Source of the DNA: Octopus bimaculoides
Lineage: Eukaryota
Direction: 5' to 3'
Assembly (NCBI RefSeq): GCF_001194135.2
Contig: NC_068997.1
Coordinates: forward strand, 3,899,560 to 3,935,785
Length of the DNA: 36,226 bases
Part shown: piece by piece, positions 1 through 11,582 of the stretch
Position numbering within the stretch: the first letter of the stretch is position 1
How the letters are laid out: every line of letters starts with the position of its first letter
Notes under the pieces: generated by a model
Seen by the model: the letters and a program-made list of their open reading frames with translations, nothing else
What the model was told of the DNA's origin: nothing
Databases searched by the model: none
Program-made: the position numbers and the translations under genes

Positions 1-31
<31 letters not shown>

Positions 32-540
32 GATACATATATATCTGTATGTAGATATTCATATATACATATATATATCTGTATATCTATATGTACATAC
101 ATATATATATATGTATATATACATATGCATATATATATATATGCACCCACATAGGTAGAAAGTCCATGCATACACCCATGTACACTGGCACGTTTATATC
201 CATGTGCGTGTTTTCACACCCACTTAATTTGTATATAGCGCAGTTATGTACAAGAGTATGAGTATAAAATATGTCTTTCGATATGTAATTGTGTGTGTAC
301 CATTTTGCGTATGTGTGTCTCTGTGTGTATGTGCATGCAGACGTCTGTGTACAATCATGTATGCGTATATTTGTTCTTATGTGTCTTTAGTATGAGTGTG
401 TGTGCGTGAGCATGTGTGTTTTCATAACTCATCTGCTCTAAGAACATATAACGGTGGAGAGTAAACACTTTCAGTCAAAGTAGTAAAGCTATAATTCAGT
501 GTAAGACCTAATTTGCACTTATGTATACGCATCACACATT

Positions 541-571
<31 letters not shown>

Positions 572-897
572 GCGGAAAAACACACACACATACAAATACA
601 TTTATGCACGCATACGTATAAATACTTACAGTGCATGTATAATTGGGTGTGGAAAGGGAATTGTTTCTGTTTTCTGTTTCAAATTGGTACTTATAAAGCC
701 AATATGAATATGCAAGTGTGTATGCATGTGTATATATAATGATATGTTTATAAGTATGTGTGTATGTGTGTATGTGTGTACGTGCGTGTGTGTATATCTA
801 TATATAAGCAAATGTATACATAGCTATAGTCATATATCAATTTATCTTTCACTTGCATTCTGATACACGTATAAATATATATATATATATATATATA
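1..897. repeat. Compound (AT)n/(CA)n/(TG)n low-complexity microsatellite region ending at an N gap
   Basis: Direct: long AT, CA and TG dinucleotide runs. The ORFs listed here are poly-HT/YI/CV translations. Confidence 0.9.
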
Positions 898-1511
898 NNN
901 NNNNNNNNNNNNNNNNNNNNNNNNNNNNNNNNNNNNNNNNNNNNNNNNNNNNNNNNNNNNNNNNNNNNNNNNNNNNNNNNNNNNNNNNNNNNNNNNNNNN
1001 NNNNNNNNNNNNNNNNNNNNNNNNNNNNNNNNNNNNNNNNNNNNNNNNNNNNNNNNNNNNNNNNNNNNNNNNNNNNNNNNNNNNNNNNNNNNNNNNNNNN
1101 NNNNNNNNNNNNNNNNNNNNNNNNNNNNNNNNNNNNNNNNNNNNNNNNNNNNNNNNNNNNNNNNNNNNNNNNNNNNNNNNNNNNNNNNNNNNNNNNNNNN
1201 NNNNNNNNNNNNNNNNNNNNNNNNNNNNNNNNNNNNNNNNNNNNNNNNNNNNNNNNNNNNNNNNNNNNNNNNNNNNNNNNNNNNNNNNNNNNNNNNNNNN
1301 NNNNNNNNNNNNNNNNNNNNNNNNNNNNNNNNNNNNNNNNNNNNNNNNNNNNNNNNNNNNNNNNNNNNNNNNNNNNNNNNNNNNNNNNNNNNNNNNNNNN
1401 NNNNNNNNNNNNNNNNNNNNNNNNNNNNNNNNNNNNNNNNNNNNNNNNNNNNNNNNNNNNNNNNNNNNNNNNNNNNNNNNNNNNNNNNNNNNNNNNNNNN
1501 NNNNNNNNNNN

Positions 1512-1564
<53 letters not shown>

Positions 1565-2147
1565 ATACATACATACATATATGTGTGTGTATGTGTGCGT
1601 GTGTTGCTTGTGTGTGTGTGTGTTTATGAATTTGTGTTGCAAGATGCCTCTTGTGAAACTATGTGTTGAAACTGATATTGTTGTTAGCACTCAGTCACGC
1701 CTTATTTCTGGAAAGAAGTTCGTCTTATAGCGTCTGCTTGTGGGTCCTCCGGGCATTCATCTGAACATGATGTCTAATTCAGCGTAATCGATGCTTGTGC
1801 ATAATCGTCCCAATGCTCATGGTGGGCTTTCCTCAAGATCTATTTGACTGGACCAACTAACATCCAGAGAGTATTTCTGAAAAGATGCCTGAAAAGATGC
1901 CTGAAAAGAGTCCATGTCTTACATAAGTAAAGGAGTGATATCAGAACACCCGCTCAGTATTCAGCAACTTTTGTTCGCTTTGTTATTCCATGTTAGGACC
2001 TGACACGAGACTCAGGACCTCTCAAAGCCTTAGTTGCCTTCTGAAGTCTTAAAGATATTTCAGCATTTAAGGAGCAAGAACAGCTAAGGGTGTTGCCCGG
2101 TTGGACACACTTGTCTACTATATCAGTTCATTCAAGTAAAGTAGGTT

Positions 2148-2439
2148 AAAAAGAGTATTGCCACTCACCTCTATACTTTCAGGAATAAAAATAAATCTAA
2201 TTCCACAGGGCTAAGTAAAGTTATTTGGGAGTTAAAATATAGGAATACACAGTACGATTTGAAATGGGAAATACTCACCACGGCAATTTTTTATCGAATT
2301 AATATGAAAAAATGTTTTTTTATGCTTAAATGAAAATTTTTATATTCGCTCTGCAAAATATCCTTTTCTTAACTTCAGAGATGAACGCTATGCCTCTTGC
2401 ATATACATGACAAAATTTGTATTTTCAAAATATGGATAA
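2148..2439 (+). pseudogene. Penelope-like retroelement ORF C-terminus (GIY-YIG endonuclease C-terminal part), frameshifted
   Basis: Manual translation gives KKSIATHLYTFRNKNKSNSTGLSKVIWELKYRNTQYDLKWEILTTAIFYRINMKKC, then a +1 frameshift in the T-run at 2315-2321, then LCLNENFYIRSAKYPFLNFRDERYASCIYMTKFVFSKYG*. This fits the PLE endonuclease pattern NSTxLSKxIWxLK...WEI...CxLCLxE...LNxRxE...C as I recall it. Confidence 0.8.
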
Positions 2440-3104
2440 AATACTATATAGTTATACTTATTCCATATACTAACATGAATGCTCAAATTATATAACAACT
2501 TACCCCTTTCCCTTACTGCTTTTTGGTATGTAAACCCTTCTGAAATGTTCCCATTTTGTATTTAATCTTTATCATGTATATATATTTATACATATTTATC
2601 TATATCTGCATTTATATGTTTACCCTTTTTAGAGATGAAAGCAATGCCCCTCCTATATACATGACCAAATTTATAATTTTAATTTTAATACATAGATATA
2701 GAATTTTTAGTTATACTTTAGTTACTCTTATTCCTTCTCTCACACTATATTGTCTTTAGACCTTTCATGGTCCCCCCATTATATCTATTCCTTACCATGT
2801 ATATACATTTATTTATATCTGTATTTTAATATTTACCTTCTCTTACTCATATTGCTTGGCTTATTAATTTAATAACTATATGATTATAAGTCCATATTAA
2901 TTATGTATACATATTATGTTTACAGTATATCTTGCACTTATCTCATAACACTCTAGCTTTATTGTTCTCCTATTATACTTATTTCTTACCATGTATATTT
3001 ATTTATTCATATCTATATTTTTACAACTAATCCTTTAATTATGTTCTGATTTCTTGGCTTTACTATTTAAACTATATATTTGGTCTTACATCCACCTACC
3101 TATT

Positions 3105-3176
<72 letters not shown>

Positions 3177-3792
3177 NNNNNNNNNNNNNNNNNNNNNNNN
3201 NNNNNNNNNNNNNNNNNNNNNNNNNNNNNNNNNNNNNNNNNNNNNNNNNNNNNNNNNNNNNNNNNNNNNNNNNNNNNNNNNNNNNNNNNNNNNNNNNNNN
3301 NNNNNNNNNNNNNNNNNNNNNNNNNNNNNNNNNNNNNNNNNNNNNNNNNNNNNNNNNNNNNNNNNNNNNNNNNNNNNNNNNNNNNNNNNNNNNNNNNNNN
3401 NNNNNNNNNNNNNNNNNNNNNNNNNNNNNNNNNNNNNNNNNNNNNNNNNNNNNNNNNNNNNNNNNNNNNNNNNNNNNNNNNNNNNNNNNNNNNNNNNNNN
3501 NNNNNNNNNNNNNNNNNNNNNNNNNNNNNNNNNNNNNNNNNNNNNNNNNNNNNNNNNNNNNNNNNNNNNNNNNNNNNNNNNNNNNNNNNNNNNNNNNNNN
3601 NNNNNNNNNNNNNNNNNNNNNNNNNNNNNNNNNNNNNNNNNNNNNNNNNNNNNNNNNNNNNNNNNNNNNNNNNNNNNNNNNNNNNNNNNNNNNNNNNNNN
3701 NNNNNNNNNNNNNNNNNNNNNNNNNNNNNNNNNNNNNNNNNNNNNNNNNNNNNNNNNNNNNNNNNNNNNNNNNNNNNNNNNNNNNNNNNNNN

Positions 3793-3839
<47 letters not shown>

Positions 3840-3847
3840 ATAACTGA

Positions 3848-4100
3848 GGAGGTACGTGACTTAGTGGTTAGGGTGTCAGCACCATGATCGTAATATTGTG
3901 GTTTCGATTCCTGGACCGAGCGACGTGTTGTGTTCATGAGCAAAACACTTCATTTCACGTTGCTCCAGTCCACTCAGCTGGCAAAAATGAGTAAAGCTGC
4001 GATGGACTGGCGCCCCGTCCAGCTGGGAAATACGTACGCCATTGAAACCGGGAAACCGGGCCCATGAGCCTAGCTAGGCTTTAAAAGGGTGCATTTATTT
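3848..4100 (+). mobile_element. Near full-length tRNA-derived SINE (family C, with a V/Meta-like central domain)
   Basis: A-box-like TGACTTAGTGG (3857-3867) and B-box-like GTTTCGATTCC (3901-3911), then gagcaaaacactt...gctccagtccactcagctgg, then GCGATGGACTGGCGCCCCGTCCAG and an AT-rich tail. Confidence 0.8.
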
Positions 4101-5273
4101 TATTATATATACTATAATTATAGTTTACTTGTACCTACCTCCTTATACACTCACTGTTATTCCCCCTATCTTCCAGCCTTTAATTAATTAGGTATTTTAC
4201 TTCCTTTAGTTTTCTTTTTAATCTTGGTAGAATGCTTTAATATTCTTTAGCTAAAAACCCACTTATTTATTATAGTATTTTTTACGTCATACCTTGCAGA
4301 CCTCTCCTAAGACTCTAATCTGCACGTTTTTTATCTAGTCCCTTTATTTCTTATTTCTTTTGTTTTCTAGTAACTTATCTATTACCTCCCCTAGACCGTT
4401 TTCTCTATTGATTTTCCATATTTGATCGTATCTCTACCTATATATACATATTATAATTACAGTTTGCTTTTACCTGTCTCCTAACACACTCACTATTATT
4501 TCCTTTACCTTCTATCCTTTAATTAATTTGATAATTTATATTTTATAGTTTTCTTCCTATCTTTGGTTAATTGCTTTAATATTTTTAGTTAAAAACCTAC
4601 TTAACTTATTTAGCATAATTTTTTACTTCATATTTTTCACATGCCTCCTTTCACTCTAATATGCACACTATTTATCCAGCCCCTTTTTGAATTGTTTATT
4701 TGTTTGCTTTAGTAATTTATCTATTACCTCCCTTTAACTGTTTTTCTATTGATTTTCTACATCTCAAGCATAATAATTCCATTTATGATTCTTCTGTCTT
4801 TGTTTCTATGTATTGCTATTTCATCTAACACAATTTTTTACGGTTTTCTAATCTCCTTGCATGAAAGTAAATCTAACCATTAACTTATTCATTTACGATA
4901 ATAATAACTCGGGGGGGGGGGGGTTAATATTGAATTATACTAATTAGAACCACACATTTTAGCTATTTTGTAATTCACCGTAAAATATATATGTTTACAT
5001 TTACTAGGTCTCATTTTTTGTATGTCCCTAATTTAGATTGTTCCTAGCTTTTAATTAGCTTTTCAGCGCTATATTAATTGTATTATATGAACCAAACCTG
5101 AAGCTATATTCTAACTAACTGTAAAAAATACATATTTATTTCTACCTGGTTTCGCTTTGGTATGTCCCAAATTTAGGTTATTCCCAGCTGTTCTTCATTT
5201 CTTCACCTCTATATCAAATACTTCCTTCAGATTTTGAGGGCACTATATTTAAGTATTAAATAATTTTATCAAA

Positions 5274-5377
5274 TGGCTGTGTGGTAAGTAGGTTGCTTAC
5301 CAACCACATGGTTCTAGGTTCAGTCCCACTGCTTGGGCAAGTGTCTTCTACTATAGCATCGGGCCGACCAAAACCTT
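5274..5377 (+). mobile_element. 5' fragment of tRNA-derived SINE family A inserted in the PLE 3' region
   Basis: tggctgtgtggtaag...ggttcagtcccactgc...gggcaagtgtcttctactatagc...ggccgacc; same family as 7612 and 32729. Confidence 0.8.
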
Positions 5378-5858
5378 CATACAACGTAACAATATTGTTT
5401 ATATGCAACCATCCATTGTACCCCATGATAATTTCCTCTGTATTAACATCATATGTTTTATTTTCGTCTTGCCCCTTTAACTGGTAATTAACATCTTGAT
5501 TTAGAGTATTTCCCTACCCAGCCCCCTTTATAGACAATTACTTACACATTTCCCAAAATCCTGACAATATTTATGACCATACCCAACTATAAACTGTCAA
5601 CACACTCCGTCTATCATTTCTAAACAGGCACTGTCCTCTAGCCTTTAATTTGGTAGTTGATAAAAACGACTAAATTAAAAATAAACCACAAACTGTAACA
5701 AGCTAGGAGCCTAACAAACTTCATACAGTTCTTAGAAGTGTAGTATATTTTAAGCTACATTAATAGCAGTATGGACATTTTCCCTCTTCTTGCTCTATTA
5801 GAGAGTGTAAGTAAAACTATATTAATGTGTCCAACTGATTAACAGATTATAGTTATTT

Positions 5859-5946
5859 ATGCAGCTGAGGATAGCCCTGCATTTAAATTGATGTAATTGT
5901 TGCATTGTTCAATTAAATCGAGCTGCTTGAAACGATCGTACTGCAT
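5859..5946 (+). ncRNA. Type I hammerhead ribozyme motif with extended stem II
   Basis: Stem I ATGCAG (5859-64) pairs with CTGCAT (5941-46). Core CTGAGGA at 5865-71. Stem II spans 5872-5928 and includes atttaaattga/tcaattaaat. GAAA at 5929-32. Stem III is the palindrome ACGATCGT. The NUH triplet is GTA, so predicted cleavage is after 5940. Confidence 0.75.
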
Positions 5947-6874
5947 CACCTCCTGATATCCTGTTGCTTATTTTGATATATANNNNNNNNNNNNNNNNNN
6001 NNNNNNNNNNNNNNNNNNNNNNNNNNNNNNNNNNNNNNNNNNNNNNNNNNNNNNNNNNNNNNNNNNNNNNNNNNNNNNNNNNNNNNNNNNNNNNNNNNNN
6101 NNNNNNNNNNNNNNNNNNNNNNNNNNNNNNNNNNNNNNNNNNNNNNNNNNNNNNNNNNNNNNNNNNNNNNNNNNNNNNNNNNNNNNNNNNNNNNNNNNNN
6201 NNNNNNNNNNNNNNNNNNNNNNNNNNNNNNNNNNNNNNNNNNNNNNNNNNNNNNNNNNNNNNNNNNNNNNNNNNNNNNNNNNNNNNNNNNNNNNNNNNNN
6301 NNNNNNNNNNNNNNNNNNNNNNNNNNNNNNNNNNNNNNNNNNNNNNNNNNNNNNNNNNNNNNNNNNNNNNNNNNNNNNNNNNNNNNNNNNNNNNNNNNNN
6401 NNNNNNNNNNNNNNNNNNNNNNNNNNNNNNNNNNNNNNNNNNNNNNNNNNNNNNNNNNNNNNNNNNNNNNNNNNNNNNNNNNNNNNNNNNNNNNNNNNNN
6501 NNNNNNNNNNNNNNNNNNNNNNNNNNNNNNNNNNNNNNNNNNNNNNNNNNNNNNNNNNNNNNNNNNNNNNNNNNNNNNNNNNNNNNNNNNNNNNNNNNNN
6601 NNNNNNNNNNNNNNNNNNNNNNNNNNNNNNNNNNNNNNNNNNNNNNNNNNNNNNNNNNNNNNNNNNNNNNNNNNNNNNNNNNNNNNNNNNNNNNNNNNNN
6701 NNNNNNNNNNNNNNNNNNNNNNNNNNNNNNNNNNNNNNNNNNNNNNNNNNNNNNNNNNNNNNNNNNNNNNNNNNNNNNNNNNNNNNNNNNNNNNNNNNNN
6801 NNNNNNNNNNNNNNNNNNNNNNNNNNNNNNNNNNNNNNNNNNNNNNNNNNNNNNNNNNNNNNNNNNNNNNNNNN

Positions 6875-6936
<62 letters not shown>

Positions 6937-6940
6937 TCTC
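6875..6940. repeat. (CT)n microsatellite
   Basis: Direct. Confidence 0.95.
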
Positions 6941-7611
6941 TCTTTTGATATGTGTCAGTATGTGTCTGTATGTGCGCGTGCGCATGTGTTTATGTGTGTA
7001 ATTACTTTTGAACGCAGACACATTAAAGACCGCACCAATGATTCATGATGAATCGATAGATCAAGAATACAATATCAATGTGACCTATTGTGTCACTTAG
7101 AACAATAGATCAGGCATAATTTGTTGTAGTCGACCAAGTATAGCATGGAATACACACATACACAAAGAGAGATAGCCAGACACACACATGCAAACCTCAT
7201 GTGTGTGTGTGTATATATATATACAGAGAGGAGGAGAACGAGAGGGAAACGCAAAGATTTCATACAATTTATACAATTTATTTATTTTAATATTTCGTTT
7301 AAAGAATGTGTACAGAAAATATAAGACACTGTGCAAATTTAGAAAAATAAATAAACGCATATTAGAAAATATCTGCTATATTTTCTCTTATATTTATAAT
7401 AAAAAGAAAAAGAAGATGTATTGCGAACAAAACTGTGTAAACGTAAATATGAAGTAAATATTTTGTTGAAGGATAACAAAAAATATTAATTTATGCAACA
7501 GAATTGTGAAAACATGACAGGATTCATTAAATTATATTTCAAAAAGCATATATTTTGATATACAGAAGCTTTGGAGTAGAATACAGCAAACGATCTTCCA
7601 TATAGGGTTTA

Positions 7612-7706
7612 ACAACCACATGGTTCAAGGTTCAGTCCCACTGCGTGGCACCTTGGGCAAGTGTCTTCTACTATAGCCACTGGCCGACCAAAGCCTTGTG
7701 AGTGAA
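7612..7706 (+). mobile_element. SINE family A head fragment
   Basis: aaccacatggttcaaggttcagtcccactgcgtggcaccttgggcaagtgtcttctactatagcc...ccgaccaaagccttgtgagtg. Confidence 0.8.
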
Positions 7707-7860
7707 ATGATGGAATATTAAATGTCCATTCTGATTGAAGTAGTACTTTCATGCATAAAACTACGCAATTTTCAGGTTCATGTAGTAGTAGTAGTAGTAG
7801 TGACAGTTATGTTTTATATATATATATATGTATATGTGTGTGTGTGTGTGTATTTGCGTG

Positions 7861-7901
<41 letters not shown>

Positions 7902-8229
7902 GTTTGTGCGTGCGTGTGTGTATATATACATATATGGAACAGGATCGAAGTTCTTTCCCGAGCCAGAGCTTCCCAGATTCTATACCACACATATANNNNN
8001 NNNNNNNNNNNNNNNNNNNNNNNNNNNNNNNNNNNNNNNNNNNNNNNNNNNNNNNNNNNNNNNNNNNNNNNNNATATATAATCCCGCCTTTGACTGCACG
8101 CCGGACTGTCACAGAATTGCTAATTTCTGCCATCAAAGTGGACTGGAGCAACGTGCAGTGAAGTGTATACATACATACATACATACATACATACATACAT
8201 ACATAACCCTTCAACTGCCATCCATCTTC

Positions 8230-8570
8230 TTTTCGTTTCCTTCGCTTAGATAACCACTACATCCATCATATTCCACGAGCGTTTCCTGATCTCTTCAGAT
8301 GAGATTTCAATCTGTGTGATTTCCTTTTTCGTAGCTCTTCAAAACCTCCCAAAAACCAGCCCGGTTCTTTTATCTGCTCCTGAATCAGTTCTCTCATACT
8401 TCCAAGCAGTGCTTCCTCTGTATTACAGACTATTCTACAACCATTCTATTTGCACCACAAAAAAGTATAATATATTGTATTAGACGTCTTTTATATGGTT
8501 TTCTTTGCTATCTAGAGACAAGCTATAAGGTAGCAGATCATTTCTCAAAACACCTATGAAACATTTGCTG
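8230..8570 (-). pseudogene. Heavily decayed R4/Dong-like LINE C-terminus (zinc knuckle plus restriction-like endonuclease region)
   Basis: Frameshifted minus-strand translation gives SKCFI.G...EMICYLIACL*IAKK.YKRR...EIRKRSWNMMDVVVI, resembling the CxxC...HLISGC...YKRRH...EIEKMW..V pattern. Confidence 0.4.
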
Positions 8571-9164
8571 AAATAGCATCGTACTGCTTGTTGCTCATCA
8601 CTTCAGTTCACCTACCCACGGTATTTCTCATCTCTTACTCTGTGGTGTCTTTTTACCCAATGACTCACCCATTTTTCGTTATCACAAGGAATAGCCCCTC
8701 AAATGTTGCGTTAGTTACTTCCCAATTATTAGGTATGAATAACCCCCCGTTATGTGTACGTACGCGCAACCTATACACCCATACACCTCAAAGGCTACAT
8801 ATGCTAGTCTTATACATCTGTACATTTACGTAACGCAGATATATTACACACACATTCAAGAGCACATAGATACAGTACTAACTTCCGCTCCATATACGCA
8901 CACGGTTACAAGCTCTTATTGTCATTAAGATATGTAATTGGTTGTATACGCATACGCATTCAGACTACTTCCACCCAAATTCTCCCATCACCTACCACCT
9001 TAATCTCCTTTCCCCTCGACCACTCCCCTAGCAATCTTCCATACAACTCCGTTATCTCTTTCACACCATACCCTACACGCTCGTATGACAACTTAATCCG
9101 CCACTTCTCCAGCTACACTTGGAATAGCCTAGAACCTTTTGTCTGTATCAGGTCTAACACTCGA

Positions 9165-9898
9165 AACAAATTTGGCATATAAAAGTAAAGCTCGTAGGGC
9201 AAACCACCCAAACCAGACGATTTGCAGCCCGCGCAGCCCATCATCGCATCCCATATTTCCATTGCCGTAATCGGTCTCTCGCAACGCTTCGCCTCCCTTG
9301 CCGAATGTCGTGGAATGCCGTCGAAGTAGGCACTGTAGTCCATCCTGCGTTCTGGAGTACCATTCGTCTGAGACAGTTGAGCGAAGTACTGATCAAATGA
9401 CGCTCACATCTTCTTGAGCTCGAGTACCATACGCCTCTTCGGTTCATCGAAGACCGAATCGTGGCTTTGTTGCCACGTTGCGCTTGTATCATTCGGATCC
9501 ATTGTGCGGCTTTCGTTCCCTTCGTATCTTAAACATGCACCTTAGCTCTGACAGGGCATCCTTCATGCTTAGCATTCTAGAAGTGGCCTGTAGCCATTCT
9601 CACCGCGAGGACATCGGTTGCGACATCTTTCCCACGTACCTCTTCTAAGTTTCTAAGGTGTCCCTGTTTTCTATTTCTTTCTGTCTCTAGCGCCTCACTA
9701 AGCCTAATGGATTGTATTCTACTTGCCCTTTACATGACAAACCATCATTTGTCGTTGGCGATTGAAGCCGTCAACACCTGCTGAACTAATTTGCTAAACC
9801 TGTCTCTGTAAGCATGGCACACTAGGGGTGACACATTCGGCTTCCAGTAACCGGGTGCATGCCTACGAAGCCTATCTAGGTCGACAGTAGAGATCACA

Positions 9899-9899
<1 letters not shown>
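9165..9899 (-). mobile_element. Tx1/L1-like LINE ORF2 fragment (linker between endonuclease and RT), degraded
   Basis: Pieces from the ORF track and manual translation: PGYWKPNVSPL, GCPVRAKV, QAQRGNKATIRS and CERPITAMEIWDAM...KSSGLGGLPYELY, matching GYWKLN and KSPGxDGLPYE. Confidence 0.8.

Positions 9900-9967
<68 letters not shown>
9900..9967. repeat. (TAA)n microsatellite
   Basis: Direct; it abuts the Tx1-like fragment. Confidence 0.95.
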
Positions 9968-9968
<1 letters not shown>

Positions 9969-10723
9969 TGGATGTGCTACACCGGGCTCCCTATACAAAA
10001 ACATATCTAATCCAATAACATCGATGGAATTAGCCAAAAGAACCGGTGGAAGATTTGAAGGAAGCGGTNNNNNNNNNNNNNNNNNNNNNGGAAACGTTGG
10101 TAACCTTTGACAACTGAGGTTGAATAACACTGACAGTAACCTTTAACAGCAATAACCGGGCAATTGAATAAATACTGTTTATATAAAGGAAGCCGTGATG
10201 TTGCTGCCAGGTAAAACGATATCCCGAGAAATAGAAAGTTTAAAGCAAATATTAAGAGGCTATATTTATATGTTTGATATCACTTACTCAGATACTGAGA
10301 TAACGTTTTATATTTTATACATACATACATGCATACATACACGTATGTCCGTCTGTTTATCTGTCTATCTATCTATCTATCTGTGTTTGTGTGTATGTGA
10401 TGTGTGTGTGTGTAGCACAAATTGAACGAGAGGAATAAGGAATGGGCAGTTGACCACCTTGAGAGTTTACAACAAGTAGGCAAAAAAATAAACACAACAA
10501 AATAAGAATCAAATTTATGCACAGTGAAATGTGCGTCGAAAAATAAGCCAGAAAAAGGAGAAAAGAAAAAATATAAACTAAGGTTTTGGGTGAAACCTTT
10601 ATCAAAGCAGAGTATGAAGCAAGATAAAAGAAATCAGAAAAAGGAACGATAGCTCTTTGAAAGACCTGGGTTTTCTTCTTCCATAGGCCGTAGAACACGA
10701 GCAACCCTGTGTCTTCCGCTTTT

Positions 10724-11582
10724 GAGGGCGTGGTGAATAAACTGTCATCTAAATTACGCAAAAATGAAAATAGCACTGACATCTCATTTTAACAGATATA
10801 TTTACCAAATTACATAAGAATATCTTGAAATACTAAAGAATAAATTTATTCAATAAAATCGCTGTTGGCTTCAACCAGAGCCTCCAGACGCCTTTGGAAT
10901 CTCCCTGCAACTCTTCTGGGCGGTCTCCTTGTGTAAGTTGGTGAATGCTGCCATAATCCTTGCCTTCAGTTCCTCATTGGTGTTACAAAGAGTCTTGTTG
11001 GTCTCTCGTTCAACTTCAACCCACACATAATAGTAAAGGGGGTTGCAAGTCTGGGGAGTTAGATGGCCTGACGTTAGTGGTGATATGGTCGCAGAAGTTG
11101 TCTGACAGCTGTGAATGGGTTCTCCTGCTTCTGTGGCATGGCGCAGACTCCTGTTGCCAAACGTAGGGTCTTCCAGCATCGCTCTTTCACCCAGGACAGA
11201 ACTACCTTCTCCAAGCAATTCATGTGTTGATTCTGAGGCCGTGTGGGAAGATGAATGGAGGTATAGCGTCGCCATCCTTAGTGATCACTCCAAACACCAT
11301 GATGTTGACTGGATGTTTGATTTTTATCACTCTCGGTACATGTCCTCAGATTACACTGTCCTCAAATTGACACCCAAACACTCTGAAATTTTCGCATTGG
11401 AGCTTCCAGAGCGAATGCCAAGTAGAACAGTATGTCGCTTCTAAAATTTGTGTCATGGTGCTGTTTTTTTCACAGACGGTACCCGACTGACCCCCAAAAA
11501 TTGGGTAGTTGACAAAATTAAAAAAAAAACGTGTGTGTGATATTAAAAATATAAAATGGTATCAATTTACACTCACACCCTG
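10724..11582 (-). mobile_element. Internally deleted Tc1/mariner-superfamily element, maT (DD37D)-like
   Basis: Right end reads TA|CAGGGTGTGAGTGTAAATT (reverse complement of ~11563-11584); a degenerate left TIR gagggcgtggtgaataaa starts at 10724. Minus-strand peptides: KRHTVLLGIRSGSSNAKISECLGVNLRTV, IKHPVNIMVFGVITKDGDAIPPFIFPHGLRINT, and CNPLYYYVWVEVERETNKTLCNTNEELKARIMAAF (cf. SPDCNPLDY). Confidence 0.85.

Larger units (their letters stand above)
2440..5982 (+). mobile_element. Long AT-rich non-coding 3' region of the PLE, built from diverged tandem units and interrupted by (CA)n/gap/(TG)n and two SINEs
   Basis: The ORF end is repeated (agagatgaa...tatacatgac.aaattt at 2377 and 2631). A ~340-bp unit is duplicated (acactcact at 4147 and 4486) and a ~140-bp motif is duplicated (tatgtccc.aatttag, ~5021 and ~5161). 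The last ~600 bp recur inverted at 35345-35965. Continuity across the 3177-3792 gap is inferred from motifs shared between 2900-3100 and 4100-4800. Confidence 0.55.

Noticed and set aside
513-1730. Long ORFs in the supplied track (also 3054-3943, 5909-7021, 13086-14224, 24624-25825, 29197-29964, 34509-35423)
   Set aside because: They are translations of dinucleotide or tetranucleotide repeats, or read-through of N gaps.
1877-1909. 12-bp tandem duplication ctgaaaagatgc
   Set aside because: Ordinary slippage duplication with no further structure.
5160-5242. gtcccaa...gaggg reminiscent of a twister ribozyme
   Set aside because: It lacks the UAA/P2 and CAAGC elements; gtccc is part of the local tandem unit.
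8270-8300. Minus-strand CTGAAGA-gatcag-GAAAC-GCT hammerhead-like string
   Set aside because: No stem II closing pair, no U at 16.1 and no stem I; it lies in a decayed LINE ORF.
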